Assembly: GCF_013177435.1 (NCBI RefSeq) | Contig: NZ_CP053627.1 | Location: 1,680,001-1,712,000, forward strand | Length of the DNA: 32,000 nt | From: Xylella taiwanensis | GTDB lineage: Bacteria; Pseudomonadota; Gammaproteobacteria; Xanthomonadales; Xanthomonadaceae | Direction of reading: 5' to 3' | Shown: positions 20,382 to 29,898 of the stretch, piece after piece | Layout of the letters: each line of letters starts with the position of its first letter | How positions within the stretch are numbered: position 1 is the stretch's first letter | The notes under the pieces: generated by a model | Seen by the model: only the letters and a program-made list of their open reading frames with translations | Database searches by the model: none | What the model was told of the DNA's origin: nothing | Translations under genes and position numbers: made by a program

Positions 20382-22121
20382 TCAACGCGAAGATGACCAA
20401 TGATTGGACGCTTTGGAAGCACCCAGCCCAGTCTCGGCACGCACCTGCTGCGCCTTGAACGCCGCACGCTCTCGAGCGGCACGGCCACTACGATCCAGCA
20501 CCGAGAACAACCAAATACCGACAAATCCTATGACCACAGAAAACAACGCCGGCGAGGTGTACGGGAATAACACCGAATCCACTGGATGACCCAACGTATC
20601 CACCCACACCGGGGGCGATAACACGGTCAACACCAACGAGGAGATCAAACCGAGAAAGCCACCGATCACGGCACCCCACGTCGTACAATTTTTCCACAAC
20701 AGCGACAGAAGCAGCACTGGGAAATTAGCCGACGCCGCGATCGCAAATGCTGATGACACCATGAATGCAACGTTCTGTTTCTGAAACACGATCCCGAGCA
20801 ACACGGCCACCACACCCAGTACCACGGTCGTCGCACGTGAGATCCGTAATTCGGTATCCGAAGACGGGTTACCACGCTTGATCACCATCGCGTACAGATC
20901 GTGGGACACCGCCGATGCACCAGACAGGGCCAAACCTGCCACCACCGCCAGAATCGTGGCAAACGCCACCGCAGAGACAAACCCCATGAACACATCACCC
21001 CCCACTACTTTGCCAACAAGCACCGCGGCCATATTGGCAGCACCCTGCCCACCGTGGATGGTGCCAGTAGCGATATCGGCATACTGTGGATTGGTTAACA
21101 CGAGCACAATCGCGCCGAAACCAATGATAAACATCAAGGTGTAGCAGTAGCCGATCCAGGTGATCGCCCACAACACCGATTTACGTGCCTGTCTAGCATC
21201 AGGCACGGTGAAGAAGCGCATTAGAATATGCGGTAACCCGGCAGTACCAAACACCAATGCGATGCCAAATGAAATCGCCGAAATCGGATCTTTAACGAAG
21301 CCCCCCGGTGCCATGATCGACCGCCCCACTGCTTGGGCCTCTTCCACAGACTGACCACCCGCCATCGCAATGTGGGTCTTGACCTCTACACCCTTGGCAA
21401 ACAACGCCTCAAAACTAAAATCGAACCCCCGCATAATCATCGCCGCCATGAAAGTCGCAGCGCTGAGCAGTAGCACCGCCTTAATGATCTGTACCCAGGT
21501 CGTCGCAGCCATACCACCAAACAACACGTACACCATCATGAGCCCGCCGACCAAGGCCACTGCAACCCAATAATCCAAGCCAAACAGTAACTTGATGAGC
21601 GCACCGGCTCCGACCATCTGAGCAATCAGGTAACACAACACCACTACCAGCGTACTAACGGAAGCAAACAGACGGACCGGCGTGGCTGCGAAACGGTAAG
21701 CCACGACATCAGCAAACGTATATTTGCCAAGATTACGCAGCCGTTCAGCAATCAAAAGAATCAGAATGGGCCAACCAACCAAGAAACCGATCGCATAGAT
21801 CATCCCATCATAGCCATTGGTCATCACCGCCGAAGTGATGCCCAAAAACGAAGCAGCGGACACATAGTCGCCAGCAATCGCCAAACCATTCTGGAAGCCG
21901 GTGATCGTACCGCCGGCAGTGTAGAAGTCCGCAGAAGATCGAGTCTTCTGCGCCGCCCACTTAGTGATCCACAACGTGATCAAGACAAAGACAGCGAACA
22001 TTGCGATTGCCACCCAGTTGACCGGCTGCTTATCGACCAAAGTCATACCGTCTGCAGCCAATGCCAACTTCACCGGCAACAATCCAATCAACAACAACAC
22101 AAGACGCGTGCCCATGTTCAT
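20382..22121 (-). CDS. actP: Cation/acetate symporter, SSS family (579 aa)
   Basis: This is a multi-transmembrane sodium:solute symporter with an ActP-like N-terminus (…[37 protein letters not shown]). It is translationally coupled to the DUF485 gene (ATGA at 22118-22121) and sits divergent from acs. Confidence 0.9.
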
Positions 22122-22435
22122 TTGCAGGCATCCTCAAGAATGTTGTTACTCAATTTGTCGTAGACCATGTTGGCAAAAAGGACATAAATCGCAGTGACCA
22201 CGATGGCAAACAGCATCACCCCAATCGCAATCGGGACACCACGTGTGGTGACGCCGCTGCCGAGCGGCACGGCAAGAAACGCCTTATTAAAAGCGATGAG
22301 ACCGATAAAACCGAAATACACGAGCAACATCAGTACGGTCAGCACCCAACTCAGCACCTTGCGTTGCCGCTTCAATGCGTAATATTTGGGATCAGCATCA
22401 ATCTTGATGATTAAATCGTCATGCGAAACATTCAT
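22118..22435 (-). CDS. yjcH: DUF485 inner-membrane protein (YjcH-like, 105 aa)
   Basis: It has two transmembrane segments and the [23 protein letters not shown] motif typical of the small protein encoded directly upstream of actP. Confidence 0.8.
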
Positions 22436-23212
22436 GCATAGTCTCCCAGATGATGATGCTAGTTCGCCCTAAGCCAAGGATGGCGCTGCATACCAGCCTT
22501 TTAAAACTATTCGGAGCCAGGTACCAGCATCAAAATGTGTATTCGCTGACATATTGCACACACGCCATGACACCGCTGGCCCTACTTTTTATTTCGTACT
22601 GCCAATGATCCGTTCGACATCACCACCGAGCTTGAGCAACAGGGATTAAAACAAGAATCAAAAAGCAACCATTACATGCATGGCAGTCGTACTGACATTG
22701 TTCACCTTCAATTCGCCAAGCACCGTAAAGATACCGACGCCGCTTTAGCCTTCATTCGAGACATTGCAACATATTGAATCCAGCAATCTGCCGTTTCCAT
22801 TGTCACCGGGAATACAATCCATAAATGATCGCACTTGGCAAATTGACGACTGCTTCGACCTTGCCACCTCCCCAAGTCACACGATCCATACATCAAAGAA
22901 TTGGTATACGCACTCCAGCAAGGTCACACATGAGGGGTGACTCACCAGAATACTTCCCGGCGGACATCAATCACGTCTAGATTGAGTGGCCATCGCCACA
23001 CAACTCATTCAACACATGGCAAGGCGCAGTCGGACAATGACGCCCATTGATCCTCGATTGATCAACTCACCACATGCACGAACACACGTTAAGCACAGCA
23101 TTGGAATCCACGGAAAAGTCCAAAGTGAGGCAACGATACGGCACACTGGACACCTGCAAGCCGGCATCAAAACGCCAGCCCGTTCCCATCGAACTAACAA
23201 CCCAAAAGTGCC

Positions 23213-25156
23213 ATGGCTGATCTGTATCCCGTTGACCCGATGTTGGCTAAAGATGCGCACGTAAACCGTGCTGACTACGAAGCGCTTTACCAGCAATCCC
23301 TCGAACAACCGGAAGCATTCTGGAGCAAGGTCGCACAACGGCTAGAGTGGTTTAAAGTGCCAACCCGGATCAAGGACGTCAGCTACCGGCTAGAAGACTT
23401 TCACATCCGCTGGTTCGAAGACGGTGAACTGAATGCCAGCGTCAACTGTTTGGACCGCCACCTCACCTTGCGTGGCGACAAAACGGCGCTGCTGTTTGAA
23501 CCTGACGCCCCGGACACCTCGTCCTACCGCATGACCTACCGTGAACTGTACGAACGCGTCTGCCAACTCGGTAACACACTGCGTCACCTCGGCATCGAAA
23601 AGGGCGACCGCGTTACCATCTATTTACCAATGATTCCGGATGCAGTCGTCGCCATGCTAGCTTGCGCACGCATTGGTGCCATCCACTGCGTCGTCTTCGG
23701 CGGCTTTGCAGCAAACTCCATTGCCGACCGCGTGATCGACTGTGGTAGCAAACTGATCATTACCGCAGACGAAGGCCTGCGCGGCGGCAGAAAAATTCCA
23801 TTGAAAGCCAATGTCGACGCCGCATTAAAGATCACCGGAACTCAGAGCGTTGAAACCGTACTCGTGGTGCGCCACACCGGCGGCACGGTCAACATGCACC
23901 CTCCACGCGACCGCTGGTTCCACAACGTGGTCGACATCCAACCGACTGAATGCGCACCCGAGCGCATGAACGCCGAAGACCCGCTTTTCATCCTCTATAC
24001 CTCCGGTTCCACAGGCAAACCCAAGGGGGTGCTGCACACGACCGGCGGCTATCTGGTGTACACCAGCTACACTCATGAAGCCGTATTCAACCTGCACGAA
24101 GACGATGTCTACTGGTGCACTGCCGACATCGGCTGGATCACCGGTCACAGCTACATCGTTTACGGTCCCCTGGCCAATGGCACCACCGTGTTGCTGTTCG
24201 AAGGCGTGCTCCACTACCCAACCGTGTCGCGCGTCTGGGAAGTGATCGATAAACATCACGTCACCCTGTTTTACACCGCACCGACCGCAATCCGTGCATT
24301 GATGCGCGAAGGCGAGATGCCGGTAAAACAAACCTCACGCCAAAGCTTGCGCTTGCTTGGTAGCGTCGGTGAACCCATCAACCCCGAGGCGTGGCACTGG
24401 TACTACAACGTCGTCGGCAACGGACGCTGTCCCATCGTCGATACCTGGTGGCAAACCGAGACGGGAGGAATTCTCATCACCCCACTCGTGGGTGCAATCG
24501 ACCTTAAACCCGGATCAGTCACCCTCCCCTTCTTCGGCGTACGCCCCGCCTTGGTCAATGCCAACGGCCACATCCTGGATGGCGCCGCAGCAGGCAACCT
24601 GGTGCTGCTCGATTCCTGGCCGGGTCAAATGCGTACTGTCTACGGTGACCACCAACGTTTTATCGACACTTATTTTCGCACCTACCCCAATACCTACTTC
24701 ACCGGTGACGGCTGCCGCCGCGATGCCAACGGCTACTACTGGATCACCGGGCGTGTGGACGACGTCATCAACGTCTCCGGCCACCGCATCGGCACCGCCG
24801 AAGTCGAAAGCACCCTGGTCGCTCACCCGAAAGTGGCTGAGGCCGCGGTCGTCGGTTTCCCTCACGAGATCAAAGGCCAAGGCATCTACGCGTACGTGAC
24901 CTTGATTGCCGGCGAGGCACCCAGCGAAGCGCTGCGCAAAGAATTGATCACCTGGGTACGCAAGGACATCGGGGCAATCGCCACACCTGATCACGTGCAA
25001 TGGGCCCCAAGCCTCCCCAAGACTCGCTCAGGAAAGATCATGCGCCGTATTCTGCGCAAAATTGCCGAAAATGCACCGGACCAGCTCGGTGACACCTCGA
25101 CACTTGCCGATCCGTCTGTAGTCGATTTACTAGTGAACGAACGACTGAAACACTGA
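23213..25156 (+). CDS. acs: Acetyl-CoA synthetase (647 aa)
   Basis: The AMP-binding signature ([12 protein letters not shown]), WWQTETGG, the C-terminal …[18 protein letters not shown] and the overall Acs layout are all present. Confidence 0.95.
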
Positions 25157-25984
25157 CAAATCCACGGGACGGGATCCACGATCATGCCCTTAATCCCTGA
25201 CAGGCATTTTTCCTCGCTCTCCTTCCGTTTTGCAGCGTCCCAAGCCGTACCACACACTCATGTCAACGCATGCTCTCCCTGACCAAACAACACAACGATG
25301 CCAATGTGCGACTGATAGACGTCAACGCATTCGGCACCTCAAACCTCTGGACACTGATACGTAGACACGCTGCACTTACAGCAGTCGACAATAGTGCTCC
25401 CAGGAACGGCCTTTGACACACGATACGATCGACCACGACAGATACAGACGCCTCTCCAAAACAACGCATTGAGACACGATCGGCCACACCATCGCTATCA
25501 GCATGAAAAACAAAACGCGAGCTTCATAGAAAGGCACAGCACTTGGTACCCCCATCACGATCGCGAAGCACACAAGATCAACCAACACTTGTCCAAAGAC
25601 TCCACATCCATTTTATTCACTACGAATAACAGGTGCGAAACGTATCGACACGCGGATCGTCTAAGAACTTCACGTATCAAAGACCACACCATGCCACGCA
25701 ACCGAGGCGCCACCATCTGAACCCAGATGTGACTACTCACCGGCACACTGCATCGAACCATACAGCGACCGGAAAATAAGAAGTGAATGAACGTGGAAAC
25801 GTCGCATTCCCGTCACACTCACACCGCAGCCACACAAGCACGCTCATGCCACATGACCGCGTACTTTACTGAAACTGCTGTCATGCTTTGACATCAAATG
25901 CATAGCCTCGGCTATAAAAGCCAGATCAACCTTCGCATTTCATCGAAAGCATTGATGGCCACGATTGCACTGTTACACTGCATC

Positions 25985-26095
25985 TCCCTTGGGGAGTAGC
26001 CTGCTTCCACACATGCGGAAGCGCTCGCGTCAACAGACTCGGCATACGTACCGTGGCGCAGCAACCATCCTGGTTTGGCGAGACCAACGGCTCGT
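25985..26095 (+). promoter_or_regulatory. yybP-ykoY (Mn2+) riboswitch aptamer in the mntP leader
   Basis: The conserved elements appear in the correct order. GGGGAGUAG lies at 25991-25999, followed by the GCTTCC…GGAAGC hairpin. Next come CGCGTCAACAGACTCGG, then GGCGAGACCAA at 26077-26087, which closes P1. The aptamer sits about 70 nt upstream of the AAGGAG and ATG of mntP, a standard regulated gene for this class. Confidence 0.8.
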
Positions 26096-26160
26096 GTACG
26101 TCATGCTGGTTGGGCACGAACACGAACCGTTGCGCAGCGCCCGACCCACAAGGAGTTTGC

Positions 26161-26745
26161 ATGTCCCCTGTTGCGATCCTGTTGATCGGCATTGCGATGT
26201 CCACTGATGCATTCGCCGCTGCGATAGGCAGGGGTGCCGCGATGGGTAAACCACGCCTGCGTGATGCACTGTATGTTGGTGTGATTTTTGGCGTGATCGA
26301 GACCTTGACTCCAATCGCAGGTTGGCTACTCGGCCAAATTGCATCGCAATATGTCACCACCTTCGATCACTGGATCGCATTCGGCCTGCTCAGCGGTCTG
26401 GGTATCCACATGATCGTTACGGGTTTCAAATACGACGCCAACACCAGCAAGAACAACACTAATACGCACCCCCACAAAGGAAGATGGCTGATCCTGGCCG
26501 CCACTGCCTTGGCAACCAGCATTGATGCAGCAGCGGTTGGCATCAGCCTAGCGTTCCTGGATGTACAGATTGGCGTCGTCGCCGCAGTGGTCGGCCTATG
26601 CACCCTCACCATGGTAACCGTCGGGGTGATGCTCGGTCGTGCATTAGGCACATTAGTAGGCAAACGTGCCGAGATCGTTGGCGGTATGATCCTGATCATC
26701 GTAGGCAGCACAATCTTATACGAACATCTGAGCAGCACCGGATGA
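26161..26745 (+). CDS. mntP: Manganese efflux pump MntP (about 194 aa)
   Basis: The translation reads [26 protein letters not shown]… with the duplicated DUF204 repeat (STDAFA / [12 protein letters not shown]). An AAGGAG lies 6 nt upstream of the ATG at 26161. The track start at 26053 would put coding sequence inside the riboswitch. Confidence 0.85.
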
Positions 26746-26857
26746 GGTTTGCATGCAACACAGCAGCAACAACTGAACTCACGCTCTCACAAACACTCAC
26801 ATAGCACAACGCAGAAAAGACGGGGTACCAACATCCTGACCCACTTGATCCCCGTGG

Positions 26858-27491
26858 TCACACCCGGTCTACTCCGCGGATGAAGACATAAACTTGATGA
26901 CTGAAGCTTTGTTTTAGGAGGTCTCTTAATTTTAATACCGCTTGAAGCATGAAATCGCTGTTGAATGCAATCAAAGTCTCTTTGCTTGACTCATCACTGT
27001 TGTGCATTATTTTCTTATAGACCTCAATTAACTTCTTACCACTATTAGTTTTGGTGAAGTTAAAGAACCTTTTTCTAACTCCATTGACGATATATTGAGG
27101 GTATGTTGTAGTTTTCATAATTACACAACTTCTTCTGTTGATTCCTTCACCGTAGCTTGTCACGTGGCAAGTTCAATACCTACAGTAATCACCATCTTGA
27201 AGAATTTTATAACCCGATTACATAAACATATTGAACAATTGGGTAACAAGTCATCCCTACTCATTCCATAGAAAGCATTCGCATATTCAGCAGCCTGGTA
27301 AGCACCAAGCAATGCAAATACTTTCTCAATAGCATCACAGATGTGTTCTCAAAAACTTGGCGCATAGCTGCTTGCCCAACATGTGATTTATAAAATCTAG
27401 CTACAGAAAAATTTCCATAAGGAACCAGTCTTACCAAGATGTTGATAGTTTTTTGTACTTTTTCTACTTTTATAAAAAATGTTGAGTTATT
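26858..27491 (-). pseudogene. Decayed gene of unknown family, readable only across three frames
   Basis: The minus-strand fragments run head to tail:
- 27491-27261: …VEKVQKTINILVRLVPYGNFSVARFYKSHVGQAAMRQVFENT…
- 27348-27160: EHICDAIEKVFALLGAYQAAEYANAFYGMSRDDLLPNCSICL…
- 27163-26858 (a track ORF): …MKTTTYPQYIVNGVRKRFFNFTKTNSGKKLIEVYKKIMHNSDESSKETLIAFNSDFMLQAVLKLRDLLKQS…

The last frame crosses the island edge and reads into GC-rich flanking DNA before it stops. Confidence 0.5.
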
Positions 27492-27654
27492 TCATGATTG
27501 AACACTCCTAATAATAAGTGATAGGCAGTTGTCGGGGAGTCACTTTTAAATTTATTTCTGCGTCTCTGTATTGTGGAATGGATTTACCCCGATGAAGAAA
27601 ATCGTACAGACAGCAAAGCACAATGTGATTACCCAACGTCAAAGGCAAGTTCGT

Positions 27655-27687
27655 AAAAAAAGCACCCACAGGTGCTTTGTATTTTTT
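27655..27687. terminator. Bidirectional rho-independent terminator-like hairpin
   Basis: AAAGCACC (27659-27666) pairs perfectly with GGTGCTTT (27671-27678) around the loop CACA. An A-run lies upstream and GTATTTTTT downstream, so it looks like a terminator on either strand. Confidence 0.6.
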
Positions 27688-27985
27688 GAAGAAAATTTTC
27701 GCAGTTTCAATTTGTTATTTCATAAAAGTACTATTATTTTATTTCTAATCTTTTTCCTTCTTAGTCGCTCTACATGTAGAATCGGAAATAGTTAATCATT
27801 CCTAGATCGTGCATGCATCGTATTAACACAAATTTAAACTTAGTCACACCTATTAAGACTCTGAGTGTAGCTATGTTTAAAAACCCCATTCTTGCCTACT
27901 TAACTACTACTTTCTATGCTTCGTAGTTCGCTATTTGTTGCTTAATGCTTTTTCCAATTATCAATCTGATATTAAACAAAATTGA

Positions 27986-28069
27986 ACATTTTTACCTGCG
28001 CCTGTTTTGAAATCATTCACATTAGCAACTTCCAGAATCGAAGGGCTTAACCGACGCATAAAAAATCAA
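27986..28069 (+). mobile_element. Short transposase C-terminal remnant (ISL3-like motif)
   Basis: A start-less + frame reads TFLPAPVLKSFTLATSRIEGLNRRIKNQ. This resembles the conserved …SF…SN(G/A)x(I/L)EGxNxxIK… block near the C-terminus of ISL3-family transposases. Only about 28 codons are recognisable, and I could not identify inverted repeats. Confidence 0.3.
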
Positions 28070-28107
28070 CTTACAAAAAATAAAAAAGCTGTCGCAATGA
28101 CAGCTTT
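28070..28107 (-). terminator. Rho-independent terminator of the SDR gene
   Basis: AAAGCTGTC (28085-28093) pairs perfectly with GACAGCTTT (28099-28107) around a 5-nt loop. The hairpin starts 5 nt after the SDR stop codon (28112-28114) and is followed on the minus strand by a T-rich run (reverse complement of 28070-28084). Confidence 0.65.
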
Positions 28108-28111
28108 CTTA

Positions 28112-28981
28112 TTAAATCAATCCATTTTCATTCAAGCAAATTTTTTCACTAAGGACCCATAAATCTGAAGCTAGTTTGGTGTCAAGTGCTTGTTGGGATG
28201 GTTTGATTGGACGACGTTTAGAAACATATTCACCTTGCAAAGCTAATGCTTCTTTAGAAGTGGCAAGCCAAATCAAAGAATCTGCACCTTTTTCTGGTGA
28301 AATTGCAAATGGCTTCGCAATAGCATAAACCAAGTTTATTAGACAACCTTGATCTGATCCAAATCCACCAAACTGAGTGTTAACCATTCCTGGTTCAAAA
28401 CAATTGGCTACTGCCGTAGTTCCAGCTAATTTTTTCTGAAGTTCCTTGGTGAAGAGAATATTTGCAAGTTTTGATGTAGCGTAAGCCTTAGGTCCAGAAA
28501 CATCAATAGCAGTGGAGATTTTATTTAAATCAATTTTCCCTAATGCTTGCATTGAACTTGAGGTTGAGACAACTCGTGCATTCGGTGTTTCGCGAATTAA
28601 GTCAAGTAACTCATGAGTCATCTGAAAATATGCTAGATGATTCAGTGTGAATGTAATCTCATATCCGTCATGCCCTAATGTTGGTTTTTTAAAGGTTGCA
28701 CCAGCATTATTTACAAGAACATCAAGACGATCATGCTTTGCTTTGAACGCTTGTGCCGCTCTTTTCACATCTTTAATCTTTGCTAAATCACAAATAATGT
28801 AATCAAGATTTTTGTTGCCGGTAGATGCTTCAAGTTCTTTGATGACCTTGTCGGTCTTTTCTTTACTGCGTCCAACTAAAGTTATTGATGCGCCACGTTT
28901 TGCAAACTCAGTCGTGGCTGCTTTACCAATACCATCGGTTGCACCTGTAATAAGAATAATTTTTCCTTCTAGATCTTTCAT
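28112..28981 (-). CDS. Short-chain dehydrogenase/reductase family oxidoreductase (289 aa)
   Basis: The cofactor motif (ITGATDGIGKA), NNAG (LVNNAGA) and the catalytic S…YATSK are present. An AAGGA lies 9 nt upstream of the ATG and the gene has its own terminator. GC is about 40%, well below the backbone. The substrate is unknown. Confidence 0.85.
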   Translation of the reverse strand: MKDLEGKIILITGATDGIGKAATTEFAKRGASITLVGRSKEKTDKVIKELEASTGNKNLDYIICDLAKIKDVKRAAQAFKAKHDRLDVLVNNAGATFKKPTLGHDGYEITFTLNHLAYFQMTHELLDLIRETPNARVVSTSSSMQALGKIDLNKISTAIDVSGPKAYATSKLANILFTKELQKKLAGTTAVANCFEPGMVNTQFGGFGSDQGCLINLVYAIAKPFAISPEKGADSLIWLATSKEALALQGEYVSKRRPIKPSQQALDTKLASDLWVLSEKICLNENGLI

Positions 28982-28983
28982 TT

Positions 28984-29334
28984 TTAATTTCCTTTCGTGT
29001 GTGATTGCTTGTTAGTAGTAGCCAAGGTGATGTAAAAAAACACCCTGATTGTATTCCAAAATGCAGAAAAACCATTTAGTTTAATTTTTTCAGTATCATC
29101 TTTATTCGATTCCAAAGTTGCCATCATTGTTCCAAATACTACCTTAGAACATTGCAGATTCGGAAGGATTTCAACGGCATCGCTCAGAAACTTAAATGTT
29201 GTATTCCACCCTCTAAAATCTCTTAAGAGACTAAACAAGTCTCTTGGAGATGAAATCAACCAAGGAGCAATGTCAGAACAACATACATGCCGTATTGAAC
29301 CAACATCCCCAACACCTCTAACCACCAATAACAC
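28984..29334 (-). CDS. Hypothetical ORF upstream of the SDR gene (116 aa; doubtful)
   Basis: This track ORF has a TTG start. It has no recognisable motifs and no clear ribosome-binding site, and it ends 2 nt before the SDR start. It could be a remnant of an upstream gene rather than a functional CDS. Confidence 0.25.
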   Translation of the reverse strand: MLLVVRGVGDVGSIRHVCCSDIAPWLISSPRDLFSLLRDFRGWNTTFKFLSDAVEILPNLQCSKVVFGTMMATLESNKDDTEKIKLNGFSAFWNTIRVFFYITLATTNKQSHTKGN

Positions 29335-29898
29335 ACATCAACAGCACCACTTTCGAACTATTTGATTATCGACGTCAGCACACCCAGCACATCAACAATG
29401 GCATCAACATACAATGCCTCCTGGACACTGAAGAGCATCTTTAAAAGGCATCCTATAGATCTTACAGATCTAAAACGAAAAGGCATATAAGAAATGAAGC
29501 GCCCCTAATAGCATATCCTGCTATACATCCTAGCAATCTCATTCCATCTTATTTTCATCCTTTTACCATCAACATGAATTTCAATACTTCCATTCATTTA
29601 ATTATTTTTAATCACGCATCCTATACACTGTTCAGATATCCAAACAACGTATCCGGATAATTTTTCTACCGCAAATAAAATTAAGGTAATGGCTATCATC
29701 TTGGAAACTCGATTGGAAAATCGTTAAAATAAAGTTATTTCAACCTCATTAATAGTTAGAAGACACAAACCGATTATGCTGTAAGCAGGTATAGGTACAT
29801 CATTCATTTCGAGATCATCTCTCCAGATGAATAATTAAAAGGAATATGGAAATTATTTGAAGCACCTATCTTCACAAATTCTAATTAAAGCAAGAATC

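Noticed and set aside
23825-25000. Three ORFs of 160-180 aa (23825-24331 minus, 24357-24899 plus and out of frame, 24515-25000 minus) within acs
   Set aside because: They overlap the unambiguous acetyl-CoA synthetase frame and are compositional shadows.
25394-25720. 108-aa + ORF in the acs-mntP spacer
   Set aside because: It is a low-complexity His/Arg/Gln/Thr/Asn translation of A+C-rich DNA, with no ribosome-binding site or motif.
26053-26160. N-terminal 36-codon extension of mntP in the ORF track
   Set aside because: It would encode protein across the riboswitch aptamer. The conserved MntP N-terminus and the AAGGAG support the ATG at 26161.
25926-26738. Minus-strand ORFs of 144 aa, 104 aa and 123 aa opposite the riboswitch and mntP
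   Set aside because: They are antisense to a recognisable riboswitch and to MntP, and nothing supports them.
27571-27795. 74-aa + ORF in the island that reads through the 27659-27678 hairpin
   Set aside because: It runs straight through a strong terminator stem and a poly-T run, giving a Phe/Leu/Ile tail typical of translated AT-rich DNA.
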